Positions 18,946 to 25,959 of a stretch of 64,000 nucleotides of DNA are shown here, piece by piece. Within the stretch, counting starts at the first letter, position 1; every line of letters begins with the position of its first letter. The notes beneath the pieces are model-generated. The model was not told the DNA's origin and did no database searches. It was given only the letters and a program-made list of their open reading frames with translations. Both the position numbers and the translations under genes were made by a program. The stretch comes from Coriobacteriia bacterium (GTDB taxonomy: Bacteria > Actinomycetota > Coriobacteriia > WRKU01 > JAENWW01), in assembly GCA_016649875.1 (NCBI GenBank), contig JAENWW010000005.1, positions 12,401-76,400 of the forward strand, read 5' to 3'.

Positions 18946-19724
18946 AAGAACTTTCCGGAGCATTCGAACTCGAAGATGTTTCCGTGGCATACGGTAAGGA
19001 AATCGTGGTTGAGCACATCGATATGATGATAGAGCCGCGTTCGGTGCTCGCACTCATCGGACCGAGCGGGTGCGGTAAGTCGACGCTGCTGCGCTGTCTG
19101 AATCGCATGAACGATGAATTCGGAAACGCTCGTGTGACCGGTAAGATTCTTCTCGATGGACAAGACATCTATGAGAACGGCTACAGCCCGGTCGAACTGA
19201 GAATGCGCGTCGGCCAAGTTTTCCAGAAGGCCAATCCGTTTCCTTTGTCGATATATGAAAATATCGCCTACGGTCCGCGGACGCAAGGCGTGAGAAAAAA
19301 AGAGGAACTCGATTCGATCGTCGAGGATTCCTTGAGGAGAGCGGCGCTTTGGGATGAAGTCAAGACGAGCTTGAAAAAGAACGCGCTTCAGCTCTCCGGG
19401 GGTCAACAACAACGACTTTGCATAGCGCGGGCGCTTGCCACGAGCCCCGAAGTGCTGTTGATGGACGAGCCGTGTTCGGCACTCGACCCCATTTCCACCG
19501 AAATGATCGAGAGTACGATTCTCGAGTTGAAGAAGGATATCACTATCGTGATCGTTACCCACAGCATGCATCAAGCGGCTCGTGTGAGTGACAGAACGGC
19601 GTTCATGCTCCGAGAATCGATGGAGCGTCCTGCTGGACTTGTCGAGATCGCGCCGACGGTACAGCTGTTCTCGAAACCGATCGATCCGCGTACCGAATCA
19701 TATATCACGGGGAGATTCGGTTAA
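18939..19724 (+). CDS. pstB: Phosphate ABC transporter ATPase
   Basis: [37 protein letters not shown] and YITGRFG motifs. Confidence 0.95.
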   Translation: MVEELSGAFELEDVSVAYGKEIVVEHIDMMIEPRSVLALIGPSGCGKSTLLRCLNRMNDEFGNARVTGKILLDGQDIYENGYSPVELRMRVGQVFQKANPFPLSIYENIAYGPRTQGVRKKEELDSIVEDSLRRAALWDEVKTSLKKNALQLSGGQQQRLCIARALATSPEVLLMDEPCSALDPISTEMIESTILELKKDITIVIVTHSMHQAARVSDRTAFMLRESMERPAGLVEIAPTVQLFSKPIDPRTESYITGRFG

Positions 19725-19791
19725 CAAATCCGTTTCTTTTCGTGCAGGGGTGACCCTGTACAATTGAAGGGTGGATCACTTTCCGGGTATG

Positions 19792-19819
19792 AAAAAAGGT
19801 GCGCATATGCGCACCTTTT
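19792..19819. terminator. Bidirectional intrinsic terminator (perfect palindrome)
   Basis: AAAAAA-GGTGCGCATATGCGCACC-TTTT. Confidence 0.8.
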
Positions 19820-19874
19820 GCTTTGCTGATTCGCCGACTTAAGGGGGGAGGTTAGGCGACGACATCCGAATGCG
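19792..19874 (-). ncRNA. Putative ~80-nt small RNA with a C-rich (CCUCCCCCCUU) loop
   Basis: Minus-strand TATCAT -10 at 19880-19885, stem UCGCC/GGCGA enclosing AACCUCCCCCCUUAAG, then a terminator followed by U6. There is no ORF. Confidence 0.45.
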
Positions 19875-19978
19875 TTAACATGATACCCAAGAATAGTCAC
19901 TTTTTAAGAATACGTATCTGATATTCTCGCGCGCTACACATTGTCGGATTGAGAACAGCTTTTTATAAGGATTATGCG

Positions 19979-21325
19979 ATGCAGAAAAAAACAAATCTGA
20001 GGCAAACTATCATTACTGGTTTCCAAGATTTCTTTCAATATGAAGCCGCTGGCGCAGTAGTTATGCTCATAGCGACGATTGCCGCGCTTATCATGGCAAA
20101 TACGAGTTTATTCGGCTCGCTCAATCACTTGTGGAGCATGGAGGCCGGAATATTTTCGGGTTCGTTTGCATTCGGACACTCCTACATTGAATGGATTGAC
20201 GATGCTCTTATGGCGATATTCTTCTTCGTCGTCGGGCTTGAAATCAAACGCGAAATTCTCGTCGGAGAGTTGTCAACTTTAAAAGGGGCCGCTCTGCCGG
20301 TCATGGCTGCGCTCGGCGGTATACTCGCTCCGGCGCTTATATATACGTTCGTGAATCACGGGGGAGAAGGCGCCAGCGGCTGGGGTATTCCGATGGCGAC
20401 CGATATCGCGTTTGCTCTCGGAGCGCTTGCGCTCCTCGGTAGTAGCATCCCTCGTTCACTTAAAGTGTTTCTGTCGACACTGGCCGTAGCAGACGACATC
20501 GGCGCCATCATCGTCATCGGAGTATTTTATTCTTCAAATGTGGTGTGGGGGTGGCTGGCTTTTGCCTTAATTCCCCTCGGAGTCATGATTCTTTTAAATA
20601 GAATGAAAGTCGATAGTTCGATTCCTTATATAATTTTTGCCGTCATCCTTTGGTTTGCTTTCTTAAATTCGGGAATACACGCGACACTTGCCGGAGTAAT
20701 CGCCGCATTCACCATTCCGGCGACTGCCAAAATCGACCCGCTTGTGTTCACCCGGTTCTTGCGGTTGCGTTCACGGAAAATCGAGGAAGTGCACAGCCCG
20801 GAAAGTCATATTCTCGAAAATGACGATCAACAGGTTCTCGCTTACGGTATCTCGCAGGCCGCCATGCGTGTTGCATCTCCTCTGCAGCGCCTCGAACATG
20901 CGATTTTGCCGATGTCGAACTTTTTCATTTTGCCACTTTTCGCTTTGGCGAATGCCGAAATTCGTATAGTGGGCAACGGTGGGTTTTCACTGGGGAAAGT
21001 CGGACTCGGTGTCGTGCTCGGCCTTGTGCTCGGCAAGCCGTTGGGCGTCTTCGGAGTCAGTTGGCTCGGAATCAAAACGGGACTTTTTAACATGCCGAAG
21101 GGGATGAATTTCAAACATCTTTTCGGAGGTGCGCTTCTCGCCGGTATCGGATTCACCATGTCGATTTTCGTCTCGAACATCGCTTTCCGCGGGGCGGATG
21201 CGACTGAGATGATGGCGGAGGCGAAAATCGCCATTCTCGCCGCATCGGTCATTTCGGGGATAATCGGATTCTGTTGGTTGAAATTCGCCTGCAAAAAGTC
21301 AGAGGCGCGTTCCGAGGCCGCGTAG
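19979..21325 (+). CDS. nhaA: Na+/H+ antiporter NhaA
   Basis: WIDDALMAIFFFVVGLEIKRE, GWGIPMATDIAF, LAVADDIGAI and GIGFTMSIF motifs. Confidence 0.95.
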   Translation: MQKKTNLRQTIITGFQDFFQYEAAGAVVMLIATIAALIMANTSLFGSLNHLWSMEAGIFSGSFAFGHSYIEWIDDALMAIFFFVVGLEIKREILVGELSTLKGAALPVMAALGGILAPALIYTFVNHGGEGASGWGIPMATDIAFALGALALLGSSIPRSLKVFLSTLAVADDIGAIIVIGVFYSSNVVWGWLAFALIPLGVMILLNRMKVDSSIPYIIFAVILWFAFLNSGIHATLAGVIAAFTIPATAKIDPLVFTRFLRLRSRKIEEVHSPESHILENDDQQVLAYGISQAAMRVASPLQRLEHAILPMSNFFILPLFALANAEIRIVGNGGFSLGKVGLGVVLGLVLGKPLGVFGVSWLGIKTGLFNMPKGMNFKHLFGGALLAGIGFTMSIFVSNIAFRGADATEMMAEAKIAILAASVISGIIGFCWLKFACKKSEARSEAA

Positions 21326-21351
21326 CAAGCCATAAACTACAGACGGAGCAA

Positions 21352-21588
21352 TCAGTCCACCGTACCGTATTTTCTCGTCCAGCCGTGCCCCTTGAGCGAT
21401 GAATTGAGCTGGTCGCAGAGCCGTTGACGCTGGTAGACACCCGGTGGTAACAGTTCGACGATTTCTTGCAGTCCCTCGTCGAAATCGGAACTCTCGGCGC
21501 GCAAAATCACATCGAGACGTGTGACGGCCGATTCATGCAGGAAGAGTGTGGTTACAAGGTTTTGAAGTGCGCTTCTTTCGTCGCTCAC
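21352..21588 (-). CDS. Small hypothetical protein (78 aa) coupled to thrC
   Basis: The GTG start overlaps the thrC TGA and is preceded by GGAGG. The sequence is protein-like: SDERSALQNLV...YQRQRLCDQLNSSLKGHGWTRKYGTVD. Confidence 0.6.
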   Translation of the reverse strand: MSDERSALQNLVTTLFLHESAVTRLDVILRAESSDFDEGLQEIVELLPPGVYQRQRLCDQLNSSLKGHGWTRKYGTVD

Positions 21589-23114
21589 AGCGCCTCCAAG
21601 GCGTTTTCCAAGGATGACGCTCCCGCATCGATGGAGCATGAAAAACGTTCATGAGCGTGGACGAGATTTGCCAAGCCCAAAGGCACGGGGCCGGCGTTTC
21701 GGGCGAGCGCTACGATGTCGTCGAGTTGTTCGAACTCGCTGTGCGTCGCACAAGACCCGGTCAACGGCTGTCCGGCCGGTATATCGCTGAGCGCACGGAG
21801 AACGTCGGTCGCGAATTTAGCCCAATGCGCGGTCGATACGATGAGGAGCGGAGCGCCGGGGGTGCGCAGACGTTCACCGACTTCCCACGCGACTGCGGTG
21901 TGCGGATCGCACAGATAGCCGTGATCTTTCCAAATGCGAGAGAGCGTTTCAAGCGACTCCTCGTTGGTAACGTAGTCGGCGCTCAGAAGCGCGCGAATTT
22001 CGGCAAATGTTTCCTTATCGACGGTGAACTTCTTTTTCTCGTTGAGTTCATCCATCCACCGGGCGACGCGCTCTCCGTCGGCCAGATGGAACAAGAGGCG
22101 CTCCAAGTTGCTGGATATGAGGATATCCATGCTCGGCGAAGGCGTTTTGATGAATGAGCGATGGGAAATGTCGTAGGTTCCCGTCGAGATGAAGTCGGTC
22201 AAAATCTTGTTTTCGTTCGAGGCGCAAATGAGGCGTCCGATCGGCGCCCCCATGCGCTTCGCGTAGAAAGCGCCCAGTATATTGCCGAAGTTACCGGTCG
22301 GCACGCAGATATCGAGCAGCTCGCCCTCTTTCAATCCGCCCGAGGCGAGAAGATCGGCGACGGCGCTGAAATAATAGACGATTTGCGGCATGAGACGCCC
22401 GAAGTTAATCGAGTTCGCACTCGAAAGTCGGAGCGCTTTATGTTCATGAAGCCATTCGTTGAACACTTTGTCGTTGAAGACTGCTTTCACGGTATTTTGG
22501 CAATCGTCGAAGTTACCGCGCACCCCGTAGACTGCGACGTTGTCGCCCTTCTGAGTGACCATCTGCATACGTTGGATTTGCGACACACCGTTTTCGGGGT
22601 AGAGAACGGCGATTTTGCATCGTTCACGGTCTGCGAATCCTTGGAGAGCGGCTTTGCCGGTGTCTCCGCTCGTGGCAACCAAAATGAGCATGTCGTCGGT
22701 TTGTTCCCCTGCGGCACGTTTCTTTTCAAGAGCTGCCGAGAAGAAGCGAGGCATGCATTGTAGCGCCATGTCTTTGAAGGCACTCGTCGGCCCGTGCCAA
22801 AGTTCGAGCACATGTGTGTGTTCGTCGATGGTTTCGACGCAAGCAATGCGCTTATCGTCGAATTGAGAGCCGTAGGAGGCCGAAGAGATTTCATCGATTG
22901 TCTCGTCATCAATGTCGAGTTTGAGCTTTTTATAAATGAAAGCTGCTCGCTTCGCATAGCTCATCGGGGTGAGCGCGATGACTTCTGCCGGGGAAACGAC
23001 GGGCAGACGGTCGGGGACGAACAAACCACCGCTTTCAGCGATTCCTTTGATGATGACATCGCTGAAAGTCAGGCCGGTACCAACGCCCGTCCTCGTATCG
23101 ATAAATCGAACCAC
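21585..23114 (-). CDS. thrC: Threonine synthase
   Basis: LELWHGPTSAFKD (PLP lysine), ATSGDTG, SANSINFGR, VPTGNFGN and SPSMDILISSNLER motifs. Confidence 0.95.
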   Translation of the reverse strand: MVRFIDTRTGVGTGLTFSDVIIKGIAESGGLFVPDRLPVVSPAEVIALTPMSYAKRAAFIYKKLKLDIDDETIDEISSASYGSQFDDKRIACVETIDEHTHVLELWHGPTSAFKDMALQCMPRFFSAALEKKRAAGEQTDDMLILVATSGDTGKAALQGFADRERCKIAVLYPENGVSQIQRMQMVTQKGDNVAVYGVRGNFDDCQNTVKAVFNDKVFNEWLHEHKALRLSSANSINFGRLMPQIVYYFSAVADLLASGGLKEGELLDICVPTGNFGNILGAFYAKRMGAPIGRLICASNENKILTDFISTGTYDISHRSFIKTPSPSMDILISSNLERLLFHLADGERVARWMDELNEKKKFTVDKETFAEIRALLSADYVTNEESLETLSRIWKDHGYLCDPHTAVAWEVGERLRTPGAPLLIVSTAHWAKFATDVLRALSDIPAGQPLTGSCATHSEFEQLDDIVALARNAGPVPLGLANLVHAHERFSCSIDAGASSLENALEAL

Positions 23115-23126
23115 GTTTAGCTCTCC

Positions 23127-23210
23127 TCAAGAGTTGTCGGCGTCCTTCGCGATTGCGTCGGTAAACCTTATCGCCGAGCGTTCACCGGTTGTACCGGGTA
23201 TGCGTTTCAT
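23127..23210 (-). CDS. Putative leader peptide (27 aa) upstream of thrC
   Basis: ATG...TGA frame MKRIPGTTGERSAIRFTDAIAKDADNS. Its stop abuts the thrC RBS (TGAGGAGAG), and TATTAT/TATAAA lies just upstream of the ATG. Confidence 0.3.
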   Translation of the reverse strand: MKRIPGTTGERSAIRFTDAIAKDADNS

Positions 23211-23332
23211 TCTACTTTATAATAAAGGTTGGACGTATGAATTTGTGCTCGGGTTCAAGATTTTTCAGATGGATTTTGCTTGCGGGCCGGTGGCGTACGA
23301 GTTTACTGATGACGAGACGTTGAGGAGTTCGC

Positions 23333-24526
23333 ATGAAATATGTGATTGTGATTTTGGATGGCGCCGCAGGTCATGCCTTGGCAGAACTCGGAGAGCAGAC
23401 ATCCCTTGAGTCGGCGGGAATACCGATACTCGACTCCATGGCACGTGAAGGAATCGTCGGTTTGGCCAAAACCGTTCCCGACAGCTGTGAGCCGAGTTCC
23501 TCTGCAGCATGTACGTCGATTCTGGGCTATGATCCGCTTGAAGATTACATCGGGCGCGCCGCAATCGAGGCAGCCGCAGCCGGCATTACGCTTTCCGATG
23601 ACGAGATAGCCATGCGCATCAATACGGTCACACTCGAAAATTCCATGATGAAAAGTTATGCCTGCGGACATGTCACCACGGCGGAATCGGCGGCCATGGT
23701 GCACCGTCTCGCCGCCGAGCTCAACGACGACACTTTCACGTTTTATCCCGGAGTCGGCTATCGCCATATCCTGGTGATCAAGAGTCACCCCGAACTTCTC
23801 GAACTCGAGTACACTCCTCCGCATGACATCTCCGATAAGTCGATAGAAGGACATCTGCCGCGCGGAAACGGAGCAGAATTGCTTCTCGACTTGATGGAGC
23901 GAGCCCACGAGATACTTGCAATCGATTCGACAAATGAGGAACGAATTGCGGCGGGCAAATTTCCCTGCACCGATATTTGGCCGTTTTGGCCGGGTGCGGC
24001 GCCTCGCAAAATGCTTCAGTTCGAAGAAAAGTTCGGTGTCAGCGTTGCGCTTTCGAGCGGTGTCGATCTTCTTTTCGGACTCGCCGAGATTTTCGGTCTC
24101 GACAGACTTTTGATAGAAGGCGTGACCGACGGGCCGGATAACGATTATGCGAAACAGGCCTACAAAAGTCTTTCCGCTCTCGACGAGCATGATCTTGTGG
24201 TCATTCATATCGAAGCGCCCGACGAGATGGGCCATGCCGGAGATGCCGCAGGGAAAGTGAAGGCGCTTGAGAATATCGATCGAAAAGTGATGTCGCGAAT
24301 CTTGGGATATGCGATAAACAGCGGAGACGTTCGCGTGCTTGCGATGCCGGATCACCCGACGCCGGTCGAGTTGAAAACTCACGTCAACGAACCGGTGCCT
24401 TTCATCGTGTGGGGCGCCGGTATCGATTCCAACGGCGCATTCGCCTATAGCGAGCGCGCGGCCCAAGCGACGGGGCTGGTGCTCGATCCGGGCAAACAGG
24501 TGATGGATATGCTGCTCGGGCGGTAG
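23333..24526 (+). CDS. apgM: Cofactor-independent phosphoglycerate mutase family (ApgM / proposed homoserine kinase type)
   Basis: ILDGAA, ILGYDP, GRAAIEAA, HIEAPDEMGHAG, PDHPTP and HVNEPVPF motifs. Confidence 0.85.
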   Translation: MKYVIVILDGAAGHALAELGEQTSLESAGIPILDSMAREGIVGLAKTVPDSCEPSSSAACTSILGYDPLEDYIGRAAIEAAAAGITLSDDEIAMRINTVTLENSMMKSYACGHVTTAESAAMVHRLAAELNDDTFTFYPGVGYRHILVIKSHPELLELEYTPPHDISDKSIEGHLPRGNGAELLLDLMERAHEILAIDSTNEERIAAGKFPCTDIWPFWPGAAPRKMLQFEEKFGVSVALSSGVDLLFGLAEIFGLDRLLIEGVTDGPDNDYAKQAYKSLSALDEHDLVVIHIEAPDEMGHAGDAAGKVKALENIDRKVMSRILGYAINSGDVRVLAMPDHPTPVELKTHVNEPVPFIVWGAGIDSNGAFAYSERAAQATGLVLDPGKQVMDMLLGR

Positions 24527-24580
24527 TCTTTGCGAAAGTCGAGGTTTGAAAGTAGCGATAGCGGGGGGCTAAGGCGGGAC

Positions 24581-25189
24581 CTAGAATCTGCCTGCCAAGA
24601 TGCGTCCCAACGAGGTGGCTCTGTTCATGTCATCGGCCGTGAGGCGACCGTTTTGCAGCCGATCGCTGACTTCGAGAGACCCGATGGGCGAGATGCTCGT
24701 CGCGGCGAGTGTCGAGCGAAGTTCACGGATGGTCCCGCGTGATGCGCTGAAGAACGTTGCAATCGGAGTTTCGGATCGTGTTGCGGTGATTATAACCGCG
24801 CGTTTCGTCGCTTGTGCGAGGGGGACTTGAGGCACCGAGGTATCGGTGAATCCCGGGAGTTTGAGTTGTCCTTTGTCACCGAAATAACTCGAGAGACGAT
24901 CGAGCATGCTGTTGCACTCTTGTGCGCGTCGTTTTCTCGAATCGGGGATACCGAAGATAATACCGTTGGATTGAGAAATCGCAGCACTCAGTATTTCGAG
25001 ATCATCGTGGACTTTGCACCCGTCGCCAGTGATGCACAGGTGGCAGTTGGTGCAGGGACGAATGCGCAGATCGCGCAAATTGAATCGTTGAACGTATGCT
25101 CCCGCTTGCTCCGCCGCTTGTGCGGCGACTTCGACTGAGCGACTTACGTTGCAGTGTCCTCGGCCGGCGTCGATGGCTACGATTTTCAC
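24581..25189 (-). CDS. Flavodoxin-like / iron-sulfur flavoprotein homolog
   Basis: MKIVAI start and CTNCHLC..GC Cys cluster. The flavin-binding loop is atypical (GIPDS). Confidence 0.7.
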   Translation of the reverse strand: MKIVAIDAGRGHCNVSRSVEVAAQAAEQAGAYVQRFNLRDLRIRPCTNCHLCITGDGCKVHDDLEILSAAISQSNGIIFGIPDSRKRRAQECNSMLDRLSSYFGDKGQLKLPGFTDTSVPQVPLAQATKRAVIITATRSETPIATFFSASRGTIRELRSTLAATSISPIGSLEVSDRLQNGRLTADDMNRATSLGRILAGRF

Positions 25190-25289
25190 TTAGTACTCCT
25201 CATGGATATACAAGCATTAATCAACCCGAAACGTCTCCTTTTATTCTAGTACAAAAAGGCCGTTTCACCTAGTGATTGATAGGTTTTAT

Positions 25290-25419
25290 AAAACGCAGAT
25301 CGACCCCTTTTTTGAAGGGGTCGATCCAAACAAGGGAGGGGGATATGGTGGCACCATCGGTGCCTGTATGTGCGCGGGTAATTTGCAAAGGGGGGTGCAA
25401 ATGGAATTCGTCCCGCACC
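25290..25419 (-). ncRNA. Putative ~125-nt structured small RNA with two C-rich motifs
   Basis: Minus-strand extended -10 TGCCATACT (25423-25431). Then hairpin AUUUGCA-CCCCCCUU-UGCAAAU inside a GUGCGGG/CCCGCGC stem, hairpin GGCACC/GGUGCC, single-stranded CCCCCUCCCUU, and a 12-bp terminal hairpin GAUCGACCCCUU/AAGGGGUCGAUC. Confidence 0.5.
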
Positions 25420-25590
25420 ATCAGTATGGCAGGAAGCTTTGTAGTGAGCATGAAACGAACGTGGAGAGTTGGTGGATAAACTTTGGCTTTTCCGATCCTT
25501 TCGATAAACGTGCGTAATTAGCGAAGTTTGAGGTGCGCAATGTTAAAATAGAGGACACTTCCATCATTGGACATAAAAAGGGGCAACACG

Positions 25591-25959
25591 ATGAGTCTTC
25601 CCGGTACCACCGACAGTTTCATGCGCTTTATCCAAATGGGATTCGTTTGGTTTCTGTTTGTGGGAATCGCCTATTGTGCCACGTTTATCATCGGTGCGAA
25701 AATGCGCGGGAAAGCAGCCCATAGCTATCACCGGAATCTCGGCCTTGCGTTTTGGGTCGTGACGCTCGGTATCGCCGCTTATGGGTTATTCTCCAGTCAG
25801 ATGAAAACGTATATATCCGTCAACGGGTTCGGCACGCTGCTCGAGCTATTGGCGTTCGGATTCGGGTGGGTGGCGTTCATGTGGTTTTTGACGGGTTCTT
25901 ACGTTCAGAATCGCTTGGAGCTCGACGCGCGAGAAAATGAGGAGGATACCGATGCCTGA
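25591..25959 (+). CDS. Hypothetical 3-TM membrane protein, first gene of the met operon
   Basis: Three hydrophobic segments. Its 3' end overlaps the metH start and carries the metH RBS (GGAGG). Confidence 0.65.
   Translation: MSLPGTTDSFMRFIQMGFVWFLFVGIAYCATFIIGAKMRGKAAHSYHRNLGLAFWVVTLGIAAYGLFSSQMKTYISVNGFGTLLELLAFGFGWVAFMWFLTGSYVQNRLELDARENEEDTDA

Noticed and set aside
19725..19978. Known nhaA-associated (Li+/Na+) riboswitch on the plus strand
   Set aside because: I could not match the consensus motifs by eye. The structure fits a minus-strand unit better. An Rfam scan is needed to exclude it fully.
25272..25517. Plus-strand small ORFs behind G-rich RBS-like runs
   Set aside because: The peptides are not protein-like, and the G-runs are explained as complements of structured C-rich loops. 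Retained only as an alternative hypothesis.
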